The notes beneath the pieces are model-generated. The model did no database searches. It had not been told where the DNA came from and saw only the letters and a program-made list of their open reading frames with translations. This document shows positions 18,710 to 28,184 of a stretch of 64,000 bases of DNA, piece after piece. The stretch comes from Pseudomonadota bacterium. Lineage in GTDB: Bacteria; Bdellovibrionota; Bdellovibrionia; Bdellovibrionales; Bdellovibrionaceae. The DNA lies in assembly GCA_041178425.1 (NCBI GenBank), contig JBEGVH010000029.1:51770-115769 (forward strand), read 5' to 3'. A program made the translations under genes and the position numbers. Position 1 is the stretch's first letter; each line of letters opens with the position of its first letter.

Positions 18710-19408
18710 TTACCAACCAAGAAACACCATTCCGGCGGCAACCATCGAAATAGCGCCACCCGCGAAAGCATGAGTCCAACGTTCCAACCAACCAAGTTTT
18801 ACAAAATTTAGTCCTCGGTAGGCCAACCAAACAACCCCAACCATCGTTAGTAACGTTGATACAGCGAAAGCGATGACAACGCCCAGAAGAGTCCAGACAT
18901 CTTTCTGAACGGCGGGATACATCAAAATAGGAATGAGTGGCTCACAAGGACCAAAAACAAAAATCAAAAAAAGCATCCACGGGGTGACTCTATGTTTATC
19001 GACGTGTTCACTTTCATTCGATTCATGGGGGCCTTCATCATGACTGTGGGAAACGATTTTCCCATCAATAACGTGAGTATGGGTTTGCCCCAAGATTCCT
19101 TTTCGCACACCCCAGAGCATGTACAATAAACCGAAACTGAGCAAAAGCCATCCAGCCATGGTTCCGCGTTGATCCTCGATGGAAACCAACTCACCCACGG
19201 CCCAACCGAATCCAAGACCTAGAAAACCAAGAATCACCGAGCTCAGAACGTGACCCACACCGCACCCGAGGGTTATTAATAATGTTTTTTGCAGACTCCA
19301 TCGCCGAGCCTTCGATAGAGCAATAAAGGGCAAATAATGATCTGGGCCCAAAAGGGTATGCACAAAACCTATACTCAAAGCCAAAAAGAGAAACGGCATT
19401 AAATTCAT
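18710..19408 (-). CDS. Nickel/cobalt transporter-like membrane protein (HoxN/NixA/RcnA/DsbD_2 superfamily)
   Basis: HTLLGPDHYLPF, GVGHVLSS, His-rich loop and FVFGPCEPLIP. Confidence 0.82.
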   Translation of the reverse strand: MNLMPFLFLALSIGFVHTLLGPDHYLPFIALSKARRWSLQKTLLITLGCGVGHVLSSVILGFLGLGFGWAVGELVSIEDQRGTMAGWLLLSFGLLYMLWGVRKGILGQTHTHVIDGKIVSHSHDEGPHESNESEHVDKHRVTPWMLFLIFVFGPCEPLIPILMYPAVQKDVWTLLGVVIAFAVSTLLTMVGVVWLAYRGLNFVKLGWLERWTHAFAGGAISMVAAGMVFLGW

Positions 19409-19676
19409 AATTAAAAGTCTCCATTTCTTAAAGCAACCACTGTCGTTTTCGCAGACGGCGCCAGGAGCCCATATATCAGACTCCAACACGTTCATCCTAC
19501 GAGAAAAACAGAAAAGAAAAAAACTTGGGCAATCCTTGAAGACCATCGAGCTCATTGGTCCCTAGCTCATTCTTTTGTGCCCTTTTTCGACCCCCTCTGA
19601 GGCTTTTATTCGACTCCGAGGTTTCTCTTTTCTTTTTCACTGACACTTTTATGATAACAATGCTAGAGACCTTACC

Positions 19677-20456
19677 ATGGCAAAAGATTCTTCCGATGAA
19701 CAAAATTCCCAGACTCCATCAGACGCTCTCGTTCGACTCAGCAAATTAATGAGTGAACGCGGTCTCTGTTCGCGCCGAGAGGCCGATCAGTACATCGAAC
19801 AGGGGTTAGTCTTTGTTGATGGCCAACGCATCAATCAACTGGGCACCAAGGTGTCTCCAAACTGTCGAATTGAACTGGCTGCCAAAGCCCAAGAAAATCA
19901 GGATTCACTGGTCACCCTTATCTTAAATAAACCCGTCGGGTACGTGTCTGCACAGCCCGAAAAAGACTATCAGCCGGCCATTCAGCTCATTACCGCCGAG
20001 AACTTTTTCGAAGGCACCAACAAAAAACTTCCCCGCCTCGATCGTCGCTTTTTCGAAGGTCTCGCTGTGGCCGGACGCCTCGATATTGATTCTCAGGGAA
20101 TACTTCTCTTTACTCAGGATGGTCGACTCGCACGGAAGATTATTGGTGAGAATAGTGAGATCGAAAAAGAGTATCTTGTCCGCTATAAAGGCGAGCTGTC
20201 TCAAGATAAACTCCAGCAACTGCGATTTGGTCTTAGCTTGGACGGCAAAGCTCTTAAACGGGCCCGCGTCGATCGATTAAACGAAGACCAATTGCGATTT
20301 GTTCTCCGCGAAGGAAAAAAACGTCAAATTCGTCGAATGATGGAGTTGGTGGATCTTCATGTTATCGGTTTAAAAAGAGTGCGAATTGGGCAACTCCGCC
20401 TCGGAAAACTCCCCGAGGGCCAATGGCGCATCGTTGATCCCAATGAAGAAATTTGA
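19677..20456 (+). CDS. rRNA pseudouridine synthase (RsuA/RluB/RluF family)
   Basis: S4 domain [39 protein letters not shown] and [10 protein letters not shown]. Confidence 0.93.
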   Translation: MAKDSSDEQNSQTPSDALVRLSKLMSERGLCSRREADQYIEQGLVFVDGQRINQLGTKVSPNCRIELAAKAQENQDSLVTLILNKPVGYVSAQPEKDYQPAIQLITAENFFEGTNKKLPRLDRRFFEGLAVAGRLDIDSQGILLFTQDGRLARKIIGENSEIEKEYLVRYKGELSQDKLQQLRFGLSLDGKALKRARVDRLNEDQLRFVLREGKKRQIRRMMELVDLHVIGLKRVRIGQLRLGKLPEGQWRIVDPNEEI

Positions 20457-20490
20457 CATTCTCGAGTCGATTCTTTAACCTTGGCTCTAT

Positions 20491-21204
20491 ATGGGAAAAG
20501 GTTGGAAAACATCAATTAAAGTAGCAAATGCAGCAAAAAAAGGGGCCATGTTCACGAAGGTCGTTCGTGAAATCCAGGTCGCAGCGAAACTCGGTAGTCC
20601 CGATCCCGCAGCGAACGCCCGTCTTCGAATGGCCATTGATGCCGCTCGCGACGTGAGCTGCCCTAATGACACTATTGAACGAGCTATCAAAAAAGGAGCA
20701 GGTCTTCTCGAAGACACCCAAATTGAAGAACTCACCTATGAAGGCTATGGCCCTCATGGCGTCGGTGTTATTGTGGAATGCCAAACCGACAATCGCAATC
20801 GAACAGCGCCTGAGATTCGACTTCTGTTTAAACAACACGAAGGAAACATGGGTGAATCTGGAAGTGTTCAATGGATGTTTCAAAGAGTGGGTCTTTTAGA
20901 GGGTAAAAAAGCTGGAACTTTCGACCCTGAAGAAGAAGCCATTGAAGCGGGTGCCGACGAAGTCTTCAAAAATGAAGATGGCAGCTTTATGTTTCTCACT
21001 CAAGTGGAAGCCATTGAAACTACTCGAGTAGCCCTCTCTAAAAGAGGATGGACTATCACCAAAGGTGAACCTTCTTTTAAACCAAACCAAGTCACCGAAT
21101 TAACAGACGAACAAATGAAAGAGGTCGGCGAATTTCTCAGCGAACTGGAAGATCATGATGACACTCATCGTGTTCACGCCACTTTAGCTTTCGGTAACGC
21201 ATAG
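20491..21204 (+). CDS. yebC: YebC/PmpR family protein
   Basis: DPAANARLRMAI, YEGYGPHG, TDNRNRT and GSVQWMF. Confidence 0.95.
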   Translation: MGKGWKTSIKVANAAKKGAMFTKVVREIQVAAKLGSPDPAANARLRMAIDAARDVSCPNDTIERAIKKGAGLLEDTQIEELTYEGYGPHGVGVIVECQTDNRNRTAPEIRLLFKQHEGNMGESGSVQWMFQRVGLLEGKKAGTFDPEEEAIEAGADEVFKNEDGSFMFLTQVEAIETTRVALSKRGWTITKGEPSFKPNQVTELTDEQMKEVGEFLSELEDHDDTHRVHATLAFGNA

Positions 21205-21226
21205 GGTCTATTAAAGTCAGTCTCTC

Positions 21227-21255
21227 AAAGGGGTCGATAAAATCGACCCCTTTTT
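21227..21255 (+). terminator. Rho-independent terminator
   Basis: AAAGGGGTCGAT-AAA-ATCGACCCCTTTTT after yebC. Confidence 0.8.
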
Positions 21256-21331
21256 ATTTTGGTGAGTTTAATCTACAGGCTCCTCAAAAACTTGTTGTCA
21301 GCCCTGGCCTAAATCCCCCATTGTTCGAGCC

Positions 21332-21922
21332 ATGAATGCACGATGGCTTGGCTTTATATTGGTTCTTTTATTGATCGCTCAAATTGGTACGGCAAAAACG
21401 ATGGGTTTTTGTCAGAACTTAAATAGCCTTCAAGGAAATCAGTTTAAAAACGAATCTTCCAATGAGTCGCCGTTTACTTTACCGGTGACTGGCCTCTTGA
21501 TTCGTAAAGATATACGCCGCCTTTATCTGCTTCACTTAAACAAAATCCTGAAAAGCTACCCCGTAGCTCTCGGCGTTCGGCCACGCGGACATAAACAAAA
21601 ACAAGGTGATCTAAAAACTCCCGAGGGCGTTTACTTTATTAATCAAAAAAAACAGGACTCTAGTTACCACCTATCTCTAAAAATCAGTTATCCAAACGCG
21701 CAAGATATCGTCGAAGCCAACATGAAGGGCGTTCATCCAGGAGGCGATATTTTTATTCATGGCCTGCCAAACGAAGCCGGACTCAAAAAGAAGCTTTTGA
21801 GTGGTATCCATCCGGTGATCGACTGGACACTCGGCTGTGTTGCTGTTACGGATGAGGAAATTGAAGAAATCTACAGTCAGGTTCAGCTCGGCACACCCAT
21901 TGAAATCTGCCCTCTACAATGA
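21332..21922 (+). CDS. L,D-transpeptidase family (YkuD) protein
   Basis: GDLKTPEG, SYPN, GGDIFIHG and WTLGCVAV. Confidence 0.92.
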   Translation: MNARWLGFILVLLLIAQIGTAKTMGFCQNLNSLQGNQFKNESSNESPFTLPVTGLLIRKDIRRLYLLHLNKILKSYPVALGVRPRGHKQKQGDLKTPEGVYFINQKKQDSSYHLSLKISYPNAQDIVEANMKGVHPGGDIFIHGLPNEAGLKKKLLSGIHPVIDWTLGCVAVTDEEIEEIYSQVQLGTPIEICPLQ

Positions 21923-21996
21923 CGCTTTGACCTATTTTATTTTCGATACTCATAACTAGGTTTTAGTTATTATAAGGACCATAACAGGGAGCCGTT

Positions 21997-23310
21997 GTGA
22001 GTCTGAAGAAATCGGTATTTTCACGTTCTGTTGAGTTAGCCAAAATGACAGTAAAACTAGGCTTAAAAGAGATTCAATCAGGCCAACTGCAATCGCGCAT
22101 CGATCAGGCCAAAATTCTCGCCCAGAGCCTCTCCCAACTCAAGGGGGCTGCCATGAAGGCTGGCCAACTCATGAGCCTCGAGTTGGCCGATTATTTTCCA
22201 CCCGAAGCGGTAGAAATACTCTCTCAACTCCAAAACAATGCGAGCGCGCTCCCTTTCGATGATGTTTTACGAACCTTGATTATTGAATTAGGTCCACAAA
22301 CCGTTGAAAAGTTTCAATCCATACAGAGAGTTCCCAAAGCCTCTGCCAGTATCGCACAAATTCACGAGGCCTACTGGGAAAACCAAAAACTAGCACTTAA
22401 AATTCAACACCCTGGAGTCGCAGAATCTATCGATTCTGACCTCTCCGTTCTTGAAGGCTTTGCCAATACCGTTTGTCTCCTCACTCAACGCCAAATGGAC
22501 CTCAAGCCCCTGTTCTCAGAGCTCAGAGAGGTTCTTAAACAAGAAGTCGACTTTGAAAAAGAAGCTAAACTTCTTTTATTGTATCGCGAAAAACTCATGA
22601 CTCTCAAAAAAGATAACGAGTTTTACTTCGCGCCTAATATTCTTCCTTCCCTCTGCACAAAAAAAGTTTTAACGATGACTTGGGAAGAAGGAGACACTCT
22701 CACCCAGTGGCTGAAGTCAAAACCCACAGTCCATCAAAAAGAACAACTCGCTCACTTGATCCTCAACCTTTATTGCCATGAGTTCTACGACTGGGGGCTC
22801 GTTCAAACAGACCCTAATTTTTCAAACTTTCTTGTACGACCGCTACAAGAAGACATCGGCCTCGTTCTTCTCGACTTCGGTTCCACTCGCCACTATGAAC
22901 GCTCAATGATCCATCAGTACGTCGACCTCGTTAGAACTGTGCAAGAGGGAAAACCGCGCAAAATTTTACAAAGCGCCTTCGACTTTGGACTCTTGGACAC
23001 TCGCGAGCCAGAAGAAACTCAACAACTCTTTGTCGCCATGATGAATCTTGCTCTCGAGCCATTTACTCTCAGCAACTTCATGAACAAACATCAATCAGAG
23101 ACTTTTGACTTTGCGAATAGTGATTATGCCCAACGGTCTCAGGCTCTCGTCTCGGCTTTTGTTAAAAATTTAAAATACACTCCACCTCCTCATCGAATTA
23201 TTTTTCTGCACCGTAAATTAGGTGGAATTTTTGCTCTGCTACGCCGCTTAGAAGTCAAATTAAACCTCACCCCCTACTGGGAAATGATGCTCGAGAAAAA
23301 AGGAGTATAA
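21997..23310 (+). CDS. ABC1/AarF/UbiB family atypical kinase
   Basis: LKGAAMKAGQ, ASASIAQIH, ALKIQHPG, QTDPNFSNF and LLDFG. Confidence 0.93.
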   Translation: MSLKKSVFSRSVELAKMTVKLGLKEIQSGQLQSRIDQAKILAQSLSQLKGAAMKAGQLMSLELADYFPPEAVEILSQLQNNASALPFDDVLRTLIIELGPQTVEKFQSIQRVPKASASIAQIHEAYWENQKLALKIQHPGVAESIDSDLSVLEGFANTVCLLTQRQMDLKPLFSELREVLKQEVDFEKEAKLLLLYREKLMTLKKDNEFYFAPNILPSLCTKKVLTMTWEEGDTLTQWLKSKPTVHQKEQLAHLILNLYCHEFYDWGLVQTDPNFSNFLVRPLQEDIGLVLLDFGSTRHYERSMIHQYVDLVRTVQEGKPRKILQSAFDFGLLDTREPEETQQLFVAMMNLALEPFTLSNFMNKHQSETFDFANSDYAQRSQALVSAFVKNLKYTPPPHRIIFLHRKLGGIFALLRRLEVKLNLTPYWEMMLEKKGV

Positions 23311-23311
23311 A

Positions 23312-24688
23312 ATGAAAATACTTTTAACTGGAGCCACAGGCCTCGTTGGAAAAGCCCTTGGAATTGCTCTTGCAAAAAAGGGCCACGAGATTATTGTTGT
23401 AAGTCGACGCCCTCTCGAAGCAAAAAAGCAATGCCCCTTTCCGTGCGAAGTCATAGAGTCTGACCTCTCCAAAGGCCCTATCGAGAGCTCCTCACTCTCT
23501 GCAGTGGACGGAGTGATTAACCTCATGGGAGAGCCTATTGCGAAAGGCTTTTGGACCGAGACCAAAAAACAAAAACTACGAGATTCAAGAGTTCTGGCCA
23601 CTCAGAATTTGGTGAATAGTTTTAATAAAAGAAAGCCTTCTGTGTTCATCTCCGCTTCCGCCATTGGGATCTATGGTGATCGAGGCGATGAGCTTTTGCC
23701 CGAGACAGCCTCACCCCAATCCGATTTTCTAGCTCAGCTTTGTCAAGATTGGGAAGCCGAAGCCCTCAAGATGGCGTCAGCATCAACCCGCGTTTGCATT
23801 CCACGGATCGGTTTAGTTCTCTCATCCCAAGGGGGCATCCTCTCCGAACTCACTCCCCTTTTTCGTGCGGGTCTCGGTGGAAAACTCTCTAATGGACAGC
23901 AATGGATGAGCTGGATTCATATCGATGATCTCGTGCAATCAATTCTTTGTGCTCTTGATACACCCGACTACAACGGCCCCTACAATGCGGTGGCACCAAA
24001 CCCAGTGAGCAACAAGGATTTTACAAACCTTTTAGCCACCCATTTGCATCGCCCTGCTTTCGCACCAGCGCCAAAGTTTGCGTTGAAGGTATTTCTACAG
24101 GAAAAATCTGCGATCCTTCTGGCATCGCAACGGGTGCAATGCTTGAACCTCGATCGTTGGGGATTTAGGTTTAAATACTCTCACCTCGAAGAGGCCCTCA
24201 ATGCGGAGCTACAAAATGAAAAAGAGGGCGAAGATATTTTCTTGAGTCAGCAGTACATTCCTTTACCCCCGGAACAGATTTTTCCTTTTTTTGCTGAAGC
24301 TCAAAATCTCGAGAAAATAACTCCAAAAACTCTCAACTTCAAGATACTCTCGGTGAGCACGCCTTCGGTGCAATCAGGAACACTGATAGACTACACACTT
24401 CGCATTCGTGGCGTGCCTGTGCACTGGAAAACAGAAATTGAGAACTGGAATCCTCCCCACGTATTTGTCGACAATCAACTCAAAGGTCCATACAAACTTT
24501 GGCATCACACCCATGCTTTTGAAAAACTCGGGAACGGAACATTGATGACAGATCGAGTGCGATTCAAGGTGCCACTCGGATTTTTAGGATGGGCCGTTGG
24601 TAACGCCTTCGTGCGCAGCGAGGTCGAGGGAATTTTTTCTTATCGCCGAGAAGTCATTTATACTCAATTCGTAGCGCCTCATCAGTAG
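23312..24688 (+). CDS. TIGR01777 family NAD-dependent epimerase fused to a C-terminal SRPBCC domain
   Basis: GATGLVG, SASAIGIYG and GQQWMSWIHIDD; C-terminal FFAEAQNLEKITP...DNQLKGPYKLWHHTHAF. Confidence 0.92.
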   Translation: MKILLTGATGLVGKALGIALAKKGHEIIVVSRRPLEAKKQCPFPCEVIESDLSKGPIESSSLSAVDGVINLMGEPIAKGFWTETKKQKLRDSRVLATQNLVNSFNKRKPSVFISASAIGIYGDRGDELLPETASPQSDFLAQLCQDWEAEALKMASASTRVCIPRIGLVLSSQGGILSELTPLFRAGLGGKLSNGQQWMSWIHIDDLVQSILCALDTPDYNGPYNAVAPNPVSNKDFTNLLATHLHRPAFAPAPKFALKVFLQEKSAILLASQRVQCLNLDRWGFRFKYSHLEEALNAELQNEKEGEDIFLSQQYIPLPPEQIFPFFAEAQNLEKITPKTLNFKILSVSTPSVQSGTLIDYTLRIRGVPVHWKTEIENWNPPHVFVDNQLKGPYKLWHHTHAFEKLGNGTLMTDRVRFKVPLGFLGWAVGNAFVRSEVEGIFSYRREVIYTQFVAPHQ

Positions 24689-26175
24689 GTAAGGCGCTCC
24701 CGAACTTTTTTGGCTGCCGCCGATAAAACTTTTTTTCGCTCTACCGACATTTTCTCGTAGGTTTTCGACATCATCGAGAGTCGCGGATTACCCGAAAAAA
24801 AGTTTGGGTGTTCGGCGATGAAGCTCCAGTAAAGGCCATCGACCTCCTCTTGCCAATCCCCAGTTTTGTAGGAACCCATTTTTTTGTAATAGTTCGAACC
24901 GCAGATGTAGGGCTTGGTCGCAAAGATTCCTCCGTCGCTGAAAAGCGCCATTCCAAAAACATTAGGCCCCATCACCCAGTCGGAAGAATCGATAAACATT
25001 TCCATAAACCAACGATGGGCCTCCTGAGGATGAACCCCCATCAGAAGCATCAGATTACCAACAATCATTAAGCGCTCAATGTGATGACAGTAGCCATAGC
25101 GAAGCACTTTTTTTATAACGTCGTCTAGTGGTTCGATCCCTGTCGTGCCATCATACCAATGCTGAGTGAGTTTTGCTTTGTGATTCCAGAAATTTTGAGA
25201 TTCCTGAAGGTCACTGAAATTCTGGTAAATGCCACGAATAAACTCTCTCCATCCGATCATCTGACGAACAAATCCCTCGCAGGAGTTGAGCGGAATGTCT
25301 TTCTTTTTTGAGAATTGCAAAGCTTTTGCGACCACCTCTTGCGGTGTTAATAAACCCACATTGAGAAAGGGCGTTAAAAGGGAGTGATAGACAAAAGGGT
25401 TTTCTTTTGAAAGAGCATCTTCGTAAGGCCCAAAATCTTGAAAGCGTTTTTCAAAAAAATCCACACACCAATGACGTGCACCTTTTCGATCGGTGGGTAA
25501 CCAAAAATTATCGGCTTCCCCTGGATGCTCGGGAAACATTTTTTCTACAACTGAGACTACCTCTTTTTGTAAGGCATTCATCGAAAATGGCGGCAGATCA
25601 GGAGCACGATGCCCCTTGGGCAAAGGTTTTCTATTGTCTTCGTCAAAGCTCCACTGCCCACCGATCGGCTTGAGATCTTCATCGACCAGAATTTTCAGAC
25701 GCTTTCGCTGTGATTCGTAAAATGTTTTCATGAAAGGCTTTTTTGTGGTCTTCAAATAGGCCGCAAACTGTTCGCGAGAGGTTAAAAACATCGGAGATTG
25801 CCATACGTCTAAGGCAACACTCTGAGATTGGACCAAGGCGTTCATTCTCGTTTCGAAAAATTTATCCTCAATTTCGAACCAATGAATCTTTTTTGTTTTT
25901 TTCTTCTGTAAAAAACGAGCAAAGGCCTCATCAAAGGTGGTCGCACCATCAGTCAGCTTTTCGTAATGAACACTAAATCCGTTCTGTTTGAGCTCTTCTG
26001 CATACTCTCTCATCGCCGATAGAAAAAAAACCAACTTGTGTTTGTGATAAGCATAATGCTGACAAAGCTCGCGATCTTCTCTCATGAAGACATTCACATT
26101 ACTAACATCACCTAAGCGTTTTTTGAGAATTTCTGGATGAAAGAGTTGATTTCCGAGAATCAGAACCACAGTCAA
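24682..26175 (-). CDS. Cryptochrome/photolyase family protein (DPRP/PhrB-like bacterial (6-4) photolyase, Fe-S-less type)
   Basis: LILGNQLF, HKHKL, GGQWSFDEDNRK, FGPYEDA, EGFVRQMIGWREF, HHIERLM and DGGIFATKPY. Confidence 0.92.
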   Translation of the reverse strand: MTVVLILGNQLFHPEILKKRLGDVSNVNVFMREDRELCQHYAYHKHKLVFFLSAMREYAEELKQNGFSVHYEKLTDGATTFDEAFARFLQKKKTKKIHWFEIEDKFFETRMNALVQSQSVALDVWQSPMFLTSREQFAAYLKTTKKPFMKTFYESQRKRLKILVDEDLKPIGGQWSFDEDNRKPLPKGHRAPDLPPFSMNALQKEVVSVVEKMFPEHPGEADNFWLPTDRKGARHWCVDFFEKRFQDFGPYEDALSKENPFVYHSLLTPFLNVGLLTPQEVVAKALQFSKKKDIPLNSCEGFVRQMIGWREFIRGIYQNFSDLQESQNFWNHKAKLTQHWYDGTTGIEPLDDVIKKVLRYGYCHHIERLMIVGNLMLLMGVHPQEAHRWFMEMFIDSSDWVMGPNVFGMALFSDGGIFATKPYICGSNYYKKMGSYKTGDWQEEVDGLYWSFIAEHPNFFSGNPRLSMMSKTYEKMSVERKKVLSAAAKKVRERLTY

Positions 26176-26334
26176 AACAAACCTCCTTGGTGTTCATTAA
26201 AACAATCACGTAATAGCGTCTCATCCTGAGAAAATCAAAAAGGTATCTCAGGGTGATCCGGGCAAATACTTTTTTCTGCGAAAGAAGTTAAAAAAAACTA
26301 TACTGAAGTTCGACAAAAATGGGAGATATTTTTA

Positions 26335-26541
26335 ATGGAGCAAAAACAATCAACAGCAAGGGCCTTTACCACCGCCACTTTTCTCTCTTTTCTTATTCTT
26401 TTTTTTCAAAATTGCTCACCCTCCCATAACTCAGGAAAACTAAGCCTAAAAGGCCTCGAAGAGAACAAAGTAAAAGTTAGCGCCCGCGAGGCGGCCTCCC
26501 AAGAGGGCCCCTTCGGTATCGAGCCATCCTTTTCAAAATAA
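26335..26541 (+). CDS. Small lipoprotein with FQNC lipobox
   Basis: FLILFFQNCS signal; GGGAG RBS upstream. Confidence 0.6.
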   Translation: MEQKQSTARAFTTATFLSFLILFFQNCSPSHNSGKLSLKGLEENKVKVSAREAASQEGPFGIEPSFSK

Positions 26542-26579
26542 GGGTCATCGCCAGGTCCACGATTGAAAATTAAATTTAT

Positions 26580-28184
26580 TTACTTCCACTCGATATAAAC
26601 AAATCCAGGGGCTCCGTTACCGCTTTCAGCGTAGTAGCCGTGCACGTGATCCACACCGCCACCACCAGCGCATAATCCAACGCCGTCACCTCCGGGCCCT
26701 CCGGTGCCTGGCGTGCCTCCCGTGCCCCATCTCTTTTTGGGCGTCATCACAGTTGTGGTGTTGACTAATTTTGTACAAGGCGAACCCTCTGCATTGCCAC
26801 CAGCAACCCAACCCCCATCGCCCCCTTGCGCTCTTAAAGAACCTCCGGGATAATTGACTGTGGTTGCTTGACCTCTGTTGCCAGGTAGCTTTGACGAGAC
26901 CGCAACGGGAGCGCCACCCGTACCGATGGTAAAACTAATAACACCTTTCGCGGCCGGTGAGCTGAGAGTTGCTGTCAGCACATTTCCGGCACCACCACCA
27001 AAAGGATCACCGGGATAACCATTCCCAGACCCTCCCGACCCACCACCGCCAGCGGCAATAATCTTGAGTGTTTTTACGTTGGCAGGAATAGTAAACGACA
27101 TATTACTGGGGCCCATCGAGGCTCCGCTCGCATTAACACCAGAGGCACTAAGCATCTGATAACCATTTTTGCCCCACCCCACCAAGATATAGCCTCGATT
27201 TGGGCTTACACATACGCCATCAACGATTGTGTTGGGAGCTAAACAGGGCGTACAAACTTGATCAACGAGCGTATTGGGTGCCAGGCAGACGCAACTGCCG
27301 TTCTGCACAATATTAGGCGAAGGACACAGCTGACAAGTTCCATTGAGTAAAATTTGCGGTGGCAGGCATTGTATCTGGCAAACGCCATTCACAAGAACCC
27401 GAGGTGGATTACATCCCACCGATCCTGCTCCGTTGGGCCACCAGGGAGCGATGTAGGGATTCACCCGAGGAGAACAACTGTAAGTGTATTTGGTACCGCC
27501 CTGCCAGTAAAAAGTTGTCAGCATCTGTTGATCACTACCGCAATTTATATTGCCAACCGGCAAGTCGGCACAGGTTGGGCTCATTGTTACTGGATCAATA
27601 CTTTCTATATATTGATTAGGTGCGCACGTCGGATTGACACCACGGCAAATAGGCACCCCGGTTTGAGCATCTAGACCCATCAAAATCGGAGAATAGGTTG
27701 AGACAGCCGTGCAATCGGGATTTTGATTCATAGAATCGGCATTCACCTGCTCCGACACTTTAATATTTTCAAGGGTAAATGTGGCATTCATGAGTTTGAT
27801 GTCGGCAGAAAAAACTCCCCCGTTTGCGGCCTCAAATTTCATATTCGAAACGACGATTCCGCAATTAGGTCTATTATCACATGCTCCAGGCGTTTGAATA
27901 ATCGGCCCCTGAAAGGTATTCACCACCTGAGAGTTTAAGGTGCAACCAAAACCCGCATTCTTCGTACATGTGTAAGTGAGGGGATGATGAGCCACCTCTC
28001 TTAACTTTTGTTCAACCGCCGCCATGATGGCTTTTGTGCGCGCTCTGACATTTTGATCAGTTGTCGTTTGCACCATTTGAGGAATAACCATAATTAAAAG
28101 AGCAATCACCGCGACAGCTATCATTGCTACAATCAGCGCATCGCCTCTGCTGTTCAGTTTTTTGATTCGCATAAACGTCCTCAA
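26580..28184 (-). CDS. Type IV prepilin-like protein (PilX-like N-terminus) with Cys-rich stalk and C-terminal glycine-rich domain
   Basis: KKLNSRG|DALIVAMIAVAVIALL class III-like signal; tandem Cys repeats; C-terminus FTIPANVKTLKIIAAGGGGSGGSG...GNGAPGFVYIEWK. Confidence 0.75.
   Translation of the reverse strand: MRTFMRIKKLNSRGDALIVAMIAVAVIALLIMVIPQMVQTTTDQNVRARTKAIMAAVEQKLREVAHHPLTYTCTKNAGFGCTLNSQVVNTFQGPIIQTPGACDNRPNCGIVVSNMKFEAANGGVFSADIKLMNATFTLENIKVSEQVNADSMNQNPDCTAVSTYSPILMGLDAQTGVPICRGVNPTCAPNQYIESIDPVTMSPTCADLPVGNINCGSDQQMLTTFYWQGGTKYTYSCSPRVNPYIAPWWPNGAGSVGCNPPRVLVNGVCQIQCLPPQILLNGTCQLCPSPNIVQNGSCVCLAPNTLVDQVCTPCLAPNTIVDGVCVSPNRGYILVGWGKNGYQMLSASGVNASGASMGPSNMSFTIPANVKTLKIIAAGGGGSGGSGNGYPGDPFGGGAGNVLTATLSSPAAKGVISFTIGTGGAPVAVSSKLPGNRGQATTVNYPGGSLRAQGGDGGWVAGGNAEGSPCTKLVNTTTVMTPKKRWGTGGTPGTGGPGGDGVGLCAGGGGVDHVHGYYAESGNGAPGFVYIEWK

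Noticed and set aside
26580..27200. Prophage tail-fibre gene
   Set aside because: The Gly-rich domain is fused to a prepilin-like N-terminus and no phage structural genes are nearby.
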